Origin: Octopus vulgaris
Lineage: Eukaryota
Length of the DNA stretch: 64,000 nucleotides
Reading direction: 5' to 3'
Assembly (NCBI GenBank): GCA_951406725.2
Contig: OX597815.1
Span: 46,438,001-46,502,000, forward strand
Below are positions 27,344-39,915 of the stretch, in pieces (position 1 is the stretch's first letter; each line of letters opens with the position of its first letter). Both the position numbers and the translations under genes were made by a program. The notes under the pieces were generated by a model, which worked only from the letters and a program-made list of their open reading frames with translations, was not told the DNA's origin and searched no databases.

Positions 27344-27517
27344 TGTACCCATATGTGTGTGTGTATGTGTGTGTGTGTGTGGTCGTAAGATTAGCGATAT
27401 GCACAATTCAAATAAATGACTCAGCAGGAGCGGTATGTTGAGACTATATGTTATCAGTAACCGCCAGAATAATTAGAATATAACTGTGTGCGCGTGCGTG
27501 CTTATATATATATGTGC

Positions 27518-27548
<31 letters not shown>

Positions 27549-27829
27549 CATATATCTGCGTATTTGATTAACGTTTATAATTTACGCGCCAAAATACACA
27601 AAAACCATATTGATCAGCTATACTGATTGTACTAAAGTGTCCTCTTAAATGGAATGTACTAAGCCGATTTAGGTAGCTTTACAGCTTGAGAACAAAAGAC
27701 TTATAAATTGGCTTCTAATAGGATTAGACCGGCCGATTTTTTTCCTTTCACTGTTAATAATGTTATTCTATTTTGTTGTTGCTGTTGTTAATAGTGTTGT
27801 TACTGCTGTTGTCTCTATATTATCACAGT

Positions 27830-30145
27830 AGCTGGCATAGATTCGTGAGGGCAGAAGCTATAGAGTGTTAGACAAAATATTTGTCAAGTATCTAGTTACG
27901 GCATTTTATGTACTGAGTTCAAATCCTGCTGAGCGCCGGTTTACCTTTCATCCTTCAAGGGTCAAGAATATATAATGCCGCTCAAATATTGGATTGATTT
28001 AATCGGCAAATGCAACCACCAAAATGACTGGCCTTGTGTCAATGTTAGAAATGTATTAAAGTCTAGTGACTTTAGAGTGAAGGCATATGGCCTAGTTGTT
28101 AGGGCGTTGTACGCAAGATCGTGGTTTCGACTCCGGGACCGGGCAGTGCATTGTGTTCTTGCACAAATCATTTCCTTTCACCTTGTTCCAGCCCATTCTG
28201 CTGTAAATGAATTAACCCTACGATGGACTGGCGTCCCGTTTAGAGTAGGGTGGTGATGCTGTGATCTCAGTCGCTTATACGCCATAGCAACTGGTTGACC
28301 AGTTCTGCGACTCTTAGGACTCGAGACAGTAATGTCTAAGGGATTTACTGTTTTTACTTTTTAGTAGATTTAGAGCATCGGAAAAAAAAAATATCTTGCA
28401 CTATTTGTTCCAGCTGTTTACGTGCTAAGTTCATATTCAGTAGAGGTTAATATTTGTCTTTCGTCATTCCAAGTTTCATAAAATAAACTACCAACTAAAT
28501 TCTGTGAATCAATAATCGGCTTTACTATTCTCTTGAATTTGTGGCTCTGTGCCCATGTCAGGAACCAGTTCTGTAGATATTCTATAAGTCAATTCTAAGT
28601 ACTCGAGAGGGTAGTGAATGGTAGAATGAGTAGAGCACTACACAAAATATTTTAGTTATGTTTCTTTACGTTCAGAGTTCCAATCACTTTCGAGGCACCT
28701 TTTTTTTCCTTTTTGATCTTTTGGTGTCTTTAATATAATTATCAGTTAAGCAGTTGAGCTGGTTTTACTGATCCAACTCTTCCTTCATTTGAGACCTTGT
28801 ACATGAGCCAAAATCCAGTATTATTGTTACTTGGGGTTGCTAAGGCGGCGAGTTGGCAGAATCGTTAGCACGCCGGGCGAAATGCTTAGCGGTATTTCGT
28901 TCGTCGCTACGTTCTGAGTTCAAATTCCGCCGAGGTCGACTTTGCTTTTCATCCTTTGGGGGTCGATTAAATAAGTACCAGTTACGCACTGGGGTCGATA
29001 TAATCGACTTAATCCGTTTGTCTGTCCTTGTTTGTCCTCTCTGTGTTTAGCCCCTTGTGGGTAGTAAAGAAATAGGTATTTCGTCCGTCGCTACGTTCTG
29101 AATTCAAATTCCGCCGAGGTCGACTTTGCCTTTCGTCCTTTCGGAGTCGATAAGTTAAGTACAAGTGAATCACTGGGGTCGATGTAATCGACTAGTCCCC
29201 TCATCAAAATTTCTGGCCTTATGCCTATAATATTTGGGGGTTGCTGCGAATTAACAGATTCATTTGCACGCCAGACAAAATGGTTTACAACATTTTTAAG
29301 GCGGTGATCTGGCAGAATCGTAACACACCGGGTAAAATGCTTAGCGGCATTTTGTCCGCTTTACATTCTAAGTTCAAATTCCGCTGAGGTCGACTTTGCT
29401 TTTCATCCTTTCGGAGTCGATAAGATACGTAGTAGTTGGGAGCTGGTGTCGATGTAATCGACTTAATCTCTCCTCCAAAATTGGTAGCCTTGTGCCAAAA
29501 TTTGATATCATTAAAGTTTAGAGTTAAAGCGGCGACCCGGCAGAATCGTAAGCATACCAAACAGAACACTTTGCAGCATTTCTTTCGGATTTGAATTCAA
29601 CTTCCGCTGAGGCCGTCCTTGTCTTTCATCATTTTAGGGTTGATAAAAAAAGTACCAGTTGAGCACTGTGAATTGATGTAATCGACTGCTCTTTCCCTCA
29701 AAATTGCTGGTACTGCGCTCGGATTAGAAAGATTAATGTTTGGGATAAGGCAGCGAGCTGGCAGAAGCGTTAGGAGGTCAAGTAAAATGCTTAGCGGCCT
29801 TTCTTCCGGATCTTAACGTTCTGCGGTCGAATTCCACCGAGGATGATTTTTGCCTTTCATCTTTTCGGGCTATGCTTAAAACTACTGGCCTTGTGTCAAA
29901 ATTTGAAACCATTGTTACTTGGAGCAAAAAGGTGGCGAGCCGGCTGAATCATTAGCACGCCGAGCGAAATACTAAGCGGCATTTCGCCCGTCTTAACGTT
30001 CTGAGCTTAAATTCCACCGTGGTTGACTTTCCTTTTCATGCTGTCGAGGGTTGATAAAATAAGTACCGGTTGAGCACTGGAGGTTGATGTAATTGACTTG
30101 TCCCTCCCTCGAAATTGCTGGCCTTGCACCAAACTTTGAAGTCAT
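27830..30145 (+). mobile_element. Head-to-tail array of about eight SINE B copies, with one SINE C at ~28080-28360
   Basis: Heads (AAGGCGGCGAG..GGCAGAATCG) at about 27830, 28610, 28843, 29298, 29528, 29748 and 29930. Confidence 0.8.
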
Positions 30146-31189
30146 TATTTCTTGGAACAAGGGCATGGTATGTCTGATAGAATGATGAACTCGATAGTTT
30201 CAATAAAGCAAACAGCCCTTGTGTAAACGAAGATATAAACGTTCGAACAGAAAAAAAAGAAACCCCTTGTAATTTCAGAAAAAATTGGCTACTATTTCTA
30301 ATTGGCCAAAAGACCTCTTTGCTGGCTGATAAATGCGAAGCATTTTTTTTCTCTTTTATTAGAAGAGTGCATTGCATGATGAACTAGTATGGTATGGGTT
30401 TTAGTGCTCTATAGTAAACTGTACTAAAGTGTGAGCGATGTTTAGTGTAGTGTAATGCAGTACAGTTTCATGTAGTGTAGCGTAACGAAATATTTCTTAT
30501 TTAGTGCATTAGAGTGGAATGTAGCGTGATGCTTTGACTGATTCAAATATCATTTTGCTTTGAATGCGTATTTATTATATTTCACGTGGTGTGATCTATC
30601 AGTAGTAGTAGTAGTAGTAGTAGTGGCAGTTGTTTTAGTAGTAGTCGTAGCTTTTTAATTTCAGTTACCCTTGATCAAGCAGACTTATGATCAAAGATGT
30701 CCCAACCGAGGTTACATCGTCTTTTTACTTTTATATATTTGAATTTTTCTTTTCTTTCTTCAGACAGAACATCAAGAGCTGTTCAATGTTTCCACCCCTT
30801 TTTTTCATGACAATACAATGTGCTTTGAGGGAAATTTGGTTGATAATTCTAGCAAGTCAGGCGATTATATATAGACTCTTTTCACTGCTTCAAGAGAAAG
30901 TTCGTTTCTCTAAGATGCACTTTAATACATGTACTGCAGTAATGTGAGTGGTTGTAACTCTAAAACTATTTTTGTGATTGTTTACGTTCAACCCAACCCT
31001 GACACAGCGGGTCTATAATTAACATCACAGATTTTTTCCACACATGATGTATCCTATATATTAAGCAGAAGTCCTGCTGTTTTTATTGTTGTCATCGTCT
31101 CTGGATTTTGGTGTACGGTGTACTCGGTCAATTGATGATCCCTTGAGCCTGTATAAATTACTATTGGATAAAAAAAAAGGATAAAACTC

Positions 31190-31395
31190 TTTCATGAGCC
31201 CTATAGACTCAATAGGGCCAGACCCCTGATTCTGTGGGGTATATATGCTCTACTTGGCGGGATGCCGGTTCGTTGAAGGATTACTCATTTTTGCCAGCTG
31301 AGTGGACTGGAGCAACGCATCGTTCGGTCCATGTATCGAAACCACAACCTCATGATCATGAGTTCAACATCTTAACCACTAAACCATACGCTTCG
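31190..31395 (-). mobile_element. SINE family C
   Basis: TTACTCATTTTTGCCAGCTGAGTGGACTGGAGCAACG...ATCGAAACCAC...TAACCACTAAACCATACGC. Confidence 0.75.
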
Positions 31396-31489
31396 GCTAA
31401 ACTCCTGCAGCATAATATGTAATCTACCTACGCACTCGTGCGATTAAAAGAATTCTATTGGGATATCATTTTAAACATAGAATTCTTTT

Positions 31490-31622
31490 AATCTGACGAG
31501 CACGCTTATTAAAAATTGTATATGCATTAATGCAGACATGTAAGTAATTTATTATTTATTATAAAATATAATAAAATAAATTATTTATACATGTTTATTA
31601 AGCTACGAAACAGTTGTCAAAT
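31490..31622 (+). ncRNA. Hammerhead-like motif with intact core and long AT-rich stem II
   Basis: CUGACGA at 31493 and GAAAC-AGUU-GUC at 31607-31618; the intervening sequence folds back (GCUUA/UAAGC, ACAUGUA/UACAUGU); stem I is weak. Confidence 0.5.
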
Positions 31623-31764
31623 ATGAATATCCAATGGTAAAATAAATTGTATCATAGTATATATCTCTGTTTGTTTATAATTTTATACATTAAGGATCTT
31701 TTTCATGAGTACCACCGGATTAGTTGAATACATTATATTGTGACTTAAATACATATATATATAC

Positions 31765-31962
31765 AGTTGAGATTTATAGAAAAACGAAAGACGAAGACAA
31801 ATGTATGAAAAACAAGCAAGTTTGTTAGTTTGACGCTCAGGAAAAATGAAAAAGTCTTTTACGTTTCGAGCCTACGCTCTTCAACAGAGCGGAATCATAG
31901 AAAATAAAGAGAGAGAATGAGAAAGCAAAAAAACGCGTAAAGTTCAGCGGTCCAGCATGGCG
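31765..31962 (-). mobile_element. PLE pLTR fragment with hammerhead-like motif
   Basis: Same family as 26870-27060; reverse complement CTGTTGAAGAGCGTAGGCTCGAAACGTAAAAGAC. Confidence 0.7.
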
Positions 31963-32073
31963 AATGATTATAAAAAAAGAAAGGGAGATAATCATATACT
32001 TTTATGAATTTGTTTTGCAAGATTCCTGATGTGAAATCGTGTGTTGAAATCTATTTAGTGATTGTCACTTTTT

Positions 32074-32326
32074 TTTTGCCAAACAAACACACGCATAATA
32101 TATTTGTCATTCGCTCAATTATTCTTGTTCTTATTTTATCTTATGTTCATTGTCTTTCGTCACACACCTGTGACCTCTTCAGCGACTCTTCTGTATCTGA
32201 TGTGTGTCCTCCTGTAGTGAAGAGGTCACAGGTGTGTGACGAAAGATTTCTAGACGATGGACATAAATAAGAACAATTGTAAACAAGAGAAGAACGAATA
32301 TATAGTGCCTGTGTTTATTTGGCAAA
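32074..32326. repeat. Foldback inverted repeat with a perfect 28-bp core and hammerhead-like cores in both arms
   Basis: CTTTCGTCACACACCTGTGACCTCTTCA pairs with TGAAGAGGTCACAGGTGTGTGACGAAAG; outer arms start TTTGCCAAA. Confidence 0.8.
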
Positions 32327-32594
32327 TATATATATATATATATATCTTTTGAAACTATTATTTTAAAACAATTTATTGTGATATCATTATCATGTCAACT
32401 TCGATATATATATATATATATCTTTTGAAACTATTATTTTAAAACAATTTATTGTGATATCATTATCATGTCAACTTGGATATATATATATATATTATAT
32501 ATTGTTATATCTTCCAGAAATATACCAATATATCTCTATCTCGCTCACTCACTCTCTCTCTCTCTCTCCCTCTCTCTCTCTCTCTCTATTTATC

Positions 32595-32627
<33 letters not shown>

Positions 32628-33109
32628 CTATATATATATATATATATATATATCTGTCTTTTCTGCATGGGATGTCAACTAGCCGGACGTCACTTCTCTC
32701 GCCTCTCGATATCTTTTTTCTTTTCTATTTTTTTCTTTTCTATTTATTCTATATTCTTTCAAAATTTCTCGCAAGCGTTACCCATTACAATTTGCCTTGG
32801 CCTCATGGCCCTAAACATCTATCTTCGTCGATCGTTTGCTTCCGTATGTTCACTCTGGTGTCGTTCGTTTGTTCGACGCCCTAACTCACCACAAATTTTA
32901 TACTTTTAAAATTTCGGATGCTACTGTCTTATAAAATCTTCCTGTCTTGTCTTTAAAAGAACGAAACAAGTAGTAATAAGTAGTCGACAACTGAGAAGGA
33001 GTTAGACTTCTTTTGGTATTTTGTCCAATACTTATCTCTCATCGTGTGTTTTTCGCTCGTTGATGAGGTCCTATATTTAATGTATGTATTTTTTATTGTT
33101 ATATATGTA

Positions 33110-33476
33110 TATTGGTCGGCCAGGATCTACTATTGTAGAAAACACTTGCCCAAGGTGCCGCGTAGTGGAACTGAAGCCATGGTTGTAAGACACATGGTTA
33201 CAAAGCGAGCTACGTAATCTCACACTCCCATGATTATTTTGGAATAATTTTTTGTTAACATAATCTTCGAATTGTTACATGTTATACAGAATGCATTTTA
33301 TCGTATTTGCTGGGACACCATCTTGAAGTTTTAGTCGAAGGAATCGAACCTAGTACTTCTTTTTGAAGCCTAGTACTTATTCTCTCGAATTCTTTTGTCG
33401 AACCACAAGGTTACGGGGACGTAAACACACCAACGTCGGTCGACAAGCAGTTGTGGAGGACAAACACACACACACA

Positions 33477-33527
<51 letters not shown>

Positions 33528-33685
33528 CAGATTTTCAGTTTCTGTCTCTTAAATCCACTGACAAGGCTATGGTCGGCTCGATGTTATAGTGGAAGGTAGT
33601 TGCCCAAAATCACACACAAGGGGACTGGACTCGGAGCTCTGTGGTCGGGAAGCAAGCCTCTTACCACATAGCGACGTCGGTGCCT
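33110..33685 (-). mobile_element. SINE family A copies (fragment 33110-33230; near full 33310-33685 with internal (CA)n)
   Basis: Reverse complement of the family A consensus. Confidence 0.75.
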
Positions 33686-34029
33686 ATATTTTACATTTTC
33701 TTCCGTAGCTATTTCATTGTATTTCAGTTTTTTTTTTTAATAGGCTGGCTTTTATTTTTACACAGTTCTTGTAGTTGCTTTTATAAATGTTATTGTTGTT
33801 TTTTGCATTTTTATTATTATTATCGTTGTTGTATTTCTAATTGTTGTTGTTGTTATTGTAGCTTTTGTTACTGTTGTTGCCATTCTTGTTATTCTTTATA
33901 TTTTTGTTGTTGTTGTTGCTGCTGATGTTTTTTCAATGATTCATCTTGTATTGGATTTTTATGTTGCCCAGCTTTCATTTTAGAGCAATTAGTCTTGTAT
34001 ATTGACTACAGTAACTCTTCGCACATAGT

Positions 34030-34097
<68 letters not shown>

Positions 34098-34189
34098 ATG
34101 TCGTTGTTGTTGGTATCAGCAGTTGTAGTAGTGGTGGTTGAACAAGATAGAATAATATTTGGTAAAAGTGATGTATTTTGTTATAAATA

Positions 34190-34849
34190 TCAACTTTTGA
34201 CACAAGGCCAGCAATTTAGAGGGAAAGAGTACGTCGATTACTTCGACCCTAGTGCTCGGTTAGTACTTACTTTATCGACCCCAAAAGGATGAAAGACAAT
34301 GTTAACTTCAGCGGAATTTGAACTCAGAACATAAAGACGTACGAAATGCCGCTAAGCATTGTCCGTCTTTACGCCCTGAGTTCAAATCCCATGGTGGTCG
34401 ACTTCGTCTCTCATCCTTTCGGGAGTCGATAAAATAAGCACCAGTCGAGCATTAGGGTCTATGTAATCGATGATTTATCTCCCCTAAAATTGTTGGCTTT
34501 GTGTCAAAATTTGAAACCATTATTACTGAGACGATTCACCGGGAAAATCGTTAGCGCGTCGGACAAATCACTTTGCGGCATTTATTCCGGTTCTTTACGT
34601 TCTGAGTCTACAATACCGCTGAGGTTAACTTTGCCCTTCATATCTTCGAGATCAATAAAACAAAATGCCAGTCAGGTACTGGTGTCCACGTCACCGACTT
34701 AACTCACATACCTTAAAGAAATTGCTGGCATTGTGCCAAAATTTGAAACCATTATTATAACTTCAGAATTAATATTAATAGTAGTCGTAGTAGTGGTGGT
34801 GCTGCTAGTAGTAAGTAATAGTAGTAGTTGTAGTAGTATGGTGGTGGTG

Positions 34850-34919
<70 letters not shown>

Positions 34920-35355
34920 CAGTAGTAGTAGTTGTGGAGGTTGTTGGCTTCAAAGTTATGTCCCGCTCAAGGTAGCGCCGCTGTTAGGAACATGATGGTG
35001 GTACTGTTGATGGCAGTAAATGTTCAATGGTGTGGTTCCTATTAGTTTTAGGGGCAGCAGAAATAGTCATGGTGGTGATGTAACAAATGTTGCTGTGCTG
35101 GAAGTAGAAGTGTGGCGGTTAGGCGGCGAGCTAGCAGAATCGTTAGCACGTCGGACGAAATGCTTAGCGGTATTTCGGCTGCCGTTACGTTGTGAGTTCA
35201 AATTCCGCCGAGGTCGACTTTGCCTTTCATCCTTTCGGGGTCGATAAATTAAGTACCAGTTAAGCACTGGGGTCGATATAATCGACTTAATACCTATGTC
35301 TGTCCATGTTTGTCCCCTCTATGTTTAGCCCCTTGTGGGTAATAAAGAAATAGGT
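34190..35355. mobile_element. SINE B copies: 34190-34360 (-), 34360-34520 (+), 34545-34752 (+), 35120-35355 (+)
   Basis: Family B consensus matches; (GTA)n tracts lie between them. Confidence 0.75.
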
Positions 35356-35479
35356 TATAAAGCATCTGCAGTTGTATTAGCTGTAGTAGTGAGGTGCTGA
35401 TAGTGGAGGTAGAGCTGTTGCGATGGTACTAGTAGGATTGATGGTAGGAATGGTAATAGAGCAAGGCAAGGTAGGAGAG

Positions 35480-36945
35480 TGTAATTATCTCTACTATTAG
35501 TGGTGGTGGTGGTGGTGGTGGTGATGATGGCGGCAGTAGTAGTTGTGGCAGTGATGGTGACGGTGGTAGAAGTGGTGGTGTGATGGTGGTGGTGGAAGTG
35601 GTGGTGACGGAGGTGATGGTGGTGATAGTGGCGGTGGTGGTAGTGATGGTATTGGTGGTGGAGGTGGTGTGATGGTGGTGGTGGAAGTGGTGGTGACGGA
35701 GGCGATGGTGGTGATAGTGGCGGTGGTGGTAGTCATGGTATTGGTGGTGGAGGTGGTGTGATGGTGGTGGTGATGGTAGTAGTGGAAGTGGTGGCAGTGG
35801 TGATGATGTTGGCGGTGGTGGTGGTGATGGTGCCAGTGGTAGTTGTGGCGGTGACGGTAGTGATGGTTGTGGTGGTGGAGGTGGTGGTGATGGAGGCGAT
35901 GGTAGTGGTGGCGATGGTGGCGATGGTGGCAGTGGTGGTGGTGATGGTGGCGGTGGTAGTGGTGGTAGTGCTGATGGGGGGCGGTGGTGGTTGTAGAGGT
36001 AGTAGTGACGAGGCTGATCGGCATAGTAGTGGTATCATGTTAAGGAGGACGACATTAGTGGTAATGATGATAACGATGATGTTGAAGGCGATGATGACAC
36101 GGCATCGGCGGTCACGACGATTATGATGGTGTCGACGATGACGACGACGACAATTACGATAAAGATGATGCTGATGATGCTGATGATGCTGATAATGATG
36201 AAGACAACAACTGCGGCGACCATTAAGACGTTTACAACGACAATGATGATGATGGTGATGATGACGACGACAACGAAGACGAATGCGAATACGATGGTGG
36301 TGATGGCGACGACGACGACGACGATGATGATGATGATGATTATGATGACGATTATGATGATGATTATGATGATGATGATGATGATGACGATGACGATGAC
36401 GATGATGATGATGATGATGATGATGAGGAGGAGGAGGATAACGACTTCGTTAATATTGGTAATGATACTGGTGTTGCGAGTTTATGTGATATCATCATCA
36501 TCATTATCACAACCACCACAACCAGCTGCTGCACCGCCACCACCACCACCACCACTACCACCACCACAATCACAACAACAACAAAAACAACTACCATCAC
36601 CACTACCATCACCACCATCACCACCATCATTCTCACTCTCCTGCTCCTCCTCCTCCAACTCTACCTCGCCGTCGTCGTCGTCTTCCTCCGCCTCGCCACT
36701 ACCATAACCACAACCACCACCGCAACCACCACCACTACCACCACCACCACCACCACCACCACCACCACCACCACCACCACCACCACCACCACCACCACCA
36801 CCACCACCACCACCACCACCACCACCACCACCACAACCACAACCACCACCACCACCACCACCACCACCACCACCACCACCACCACCACCACCACCACCAC
36901 CACCACCACCACCACCACCACCACCACCACCACCACAACCATAGT
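35480..36945. repeat. Trinucleotide low-complexity block switching from (GGT)n to (GAT)n to (ACC)n
   Basis: Direct inspection; nearly pure (ACC)n at 36725-36940. Confidence 0.9.
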
Positions 36946-37269
36946 AATATGTGTTAGTAGTGATGATGGTGTTAATCCGCTCGTACTGGATGTTGTCTAG
37001 TTTAGTACATTTTCAAGAGATTATGTTGACGGTTGCCATGGTGATTGTTTTTATACTTTATTACTTTACATTGTTTTATATGGGATGTTTTGTTTGTTGC
37101 ATTTTTTGTTATTTTGTTTCTCGTTTATTCATTTATTTATTTATTTATTTATTTATTAGTGGATGAGGAATGCTTGTAACAATTCTGACGCAGCAATTTT
37201 ATTACTGGTGGTGGGGGTGGTGGTGGTGTTGGTGTTGGTAATGGTGGCGGTTGTGGTAATGGTTGTGGC

Positions 37270-38590
37270 GGTAGTGGTGTTAGTGGTGGTGGTGATAGTG
37301 ATGGAGGTTATGGTGGCAGTAGTGGTGGTGGCGGTAGTGGTGTTAGTGGTGGTGGTGGTAGTGATGGGAGTTATGGTGGCAGTAGTGGTGGTGGCGGTAG
37401 TGGTGTTAGTGGTGGTGGTGGTGGTAGTGATGGAGGTTATGGTGGCAGTAGTGGTGGTGGCGGTAGTGGTGTTAGTGGTGGTGGTGGTGGTAGTGATGGA
37501 GGTTATGGTGGCAGTAGTGGTGGTGGCGGTAGTGGTGTTAGTGGTGGTGGTGGTGGTAGTGATGGGGGTTATGGTGGCAGTAGTGGTGGTGGCGGTAATG
37601 GTTGTGATAGTGGTGGTGGTGGTAGTGATGGAGGTTATGGTGGCAGTAGTGGTGGTGGCGGTAGTGGTGTTAGTGGTGGTGGTGGTGGTAGTGGTGGTAG
37701 TGGTGGTGGTGGTAGTGATGGGAGTTATAGTGGCAGTAGTGGTGGTGGCGGTAGGTGTTAGTGGTGGTGGTGGTGGTAGTGATGGTGGTTATGGTGGCAG
37801 TAGTGGTGGTGGTAGTGGTGGTGGGTAGTGGTGTTAGTGGTGGTGGTGGTAGTGATGGGAGTTATAGTGGCAGTAGTGGTGTTAGTGGTGGTGGTGGTGG
37901 TAGTGATGGAGGTTATGGTGGCAGTAGTGGTGGTGGCGGTAGTGGTGTTAGTGGTGGTGGTGGTGGTAGTGATGGAGGTTATGGTGGCAGTAGTGGTGGT
38001 GGCGGTAGTGGTGTTAGTGGTGGTGGTGGTGGTAGTGATGGGGGTTATGGTGGCAGTAGTGGTGGTGGCGGTAATGGTTGTGATAGTGGTGGTGGTGGTA
38101 GTGATGGAGGTTATGGTGGCAGTAGTGGTGGTGGCGGTAGTGGTAATAGTGGTGGTGGTGGTAGTGATGGAGGTTATGGTGGCAGTAGTGGTGTTAGTGG
38201 TGGTGGTGGTAGTGATGGAGGTTATGGTGGCAGTAGTGGTGGTGGCGGTAGTGGTGTTAGTGGTGGTGGTGGTAGTGATGGTGGTTATGTAGTGGTGGTG
38301 GCGGTAGTGGTGTTAGTGGTGGTGGTGGTAGTGGTGGTGGTGATGGAGGTTATGGTGGCAGTAGTGGTGGTGGCGGTAGTGGTGGTAGTGGTGGTGGTGG
38401 TAGTGATGGGGGTTATGGTGGCAGTAGTGGTGGTGGCGGTAGTAGTGTTAGTGGTGGTGGTAGTGATGGGGGTTATGGTGGTGGTAGTGGTGGTGGCGGT
38501 AGAGGTGGTAGTGGTGGTGGTGGTGATGGGGGTTATGGTGGTGGTAGTGATGGGGGTTATGGTGGAGGTAGTGGTGGTGGTTGTAGTGTG
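37270..38590 (+). repeat. ~60-bp GGT-rich minisatellite (about 20 units)
   Basis: Unit GGTAGTGGTGTTAGT(GGT)4-5AGTGATGGAGGTTATGGTGGCAGTAGTGGTGGTGGC. Confidence 0.9.
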
Positions 38591-39224
38591 GTGGCGGTAG
38601 TGGTGGTGTCGTTGGTGATGGTACTGGCAATGGTGGCGGTAGTGGTGGTGGCGGCGGTGTTGGTAGCAGTGGTGTTGGAAGTGGTGGTGTTGGTAGTGGT
38701 GGTGATGTTATTGCTGTTGTTGCTGGTGATGGTGACGGCGGTTGTGGCGATGGTCGTGACGATGGTGGTGGTTGTAGCTGTGGTGGTGTTGGTGGCGGAA
38801 TTCGTCATGTTGGTGGCAGTGCTAGCGGCAGCTGTGGTAGCTGTTGCGGTGGTGGCGCCAGTGGCGGTGGCGGCAAAGGCAGTTGTGGCTGCGATGTTGT
38901 TGATGCTGGAGGTCGTGGTGGTTAGCAGCAGTGATGGAGGAGGGTGAGTGAAGTAATGGTGACTGTTATTGTTGTTGTTGTGATGGTTGTGGTAGTAGTG
39001 GTGGTGGTGGTGGTGGTGGGAACTGCGGCCGTAGTATTTGGTGATAATGGTTAAGCGGGGAGTGGGTGTAGTGGTAAGGATCGCTGCCGTCATTTCGAAC
39101 GAGACGGTGGGACAAAGTTGTCGGTTGGGGGTCATGATGATAGTAAGGGTTAGAGGTAGGTTAGTCTTAAGTTAATGGTGGCGCATAGTTGTGACGTTAT
39201 TGTTTAGCCCATGTCAGCCTTGAC

Positions 39225-39915
39225 GTCATATATGGATCCCTGGGGAGCCATATAAGATGTTTTGGGGTTCACACAAGCAAAATAGTTGGATTGGAGCCCT
39301 ACGGTAGTGTTTTAGGGGATTCATGAAAGAAATATTGCTTTAGACGTATACATTGCCAGAAATAAAGTAAAGGCGCATGACCTGGTCGTAAAGGTACTGC
39401 ACTCACGATCGCGATACCGGGGTTTCGATTCTCAGACCGGCTGTGCGTAATGTTCTTGAGCACAACACTTCAGTCCACTTTACTCCAGTCCACGCGGCTG
39501 TAAAGGATTACCAATGCAACCGATTGGCACATACGGGTGAGTTGGCGACTCAGGAAAATTACCCAAAAGGTGATCTCGTAATTTATGCTTTATAACAAGC
39601 GATGGAATGGATAAATAGTATAACCCGTACTGTGAATCATGTGCTCTTAGGCGCTGGAATACAAATACAAAGAACCCTAAATGTCCATCATGACTACCCG
39701 TCTCATAAGGGTGCACCAGGCACTTGCATCACAACCATATGTGCACTGCAGCATGGTGGCATCACAAGTGAACGTGTGAAAAAATCAAAATAAGAATTTT
39801 GAAAGAAGTATCTATAAAACTAATTTTTGAATATCGAATGGCTAGGGGGGAGGTCCACCAAAATAAAATAGTAATGAAAGGGGTTCAGAGGTTTAAAAAT
39901 GGTTAAAAACCACTG
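39225..39915 (+). mobile_element. hAT-type MITE interrupted by SINE C (~39370-39510)
   Basis: Homologous to 57792-58110; ends GGTTAAAAACCACTG. Confidence 0.6.

Noticed and set aside
35497-36024. His/Pro-rich ORF resembling a histidine-rich protein
   Set aside because: It is the antisense reading of GGT/GAT low-complexity DNA with frame switching.
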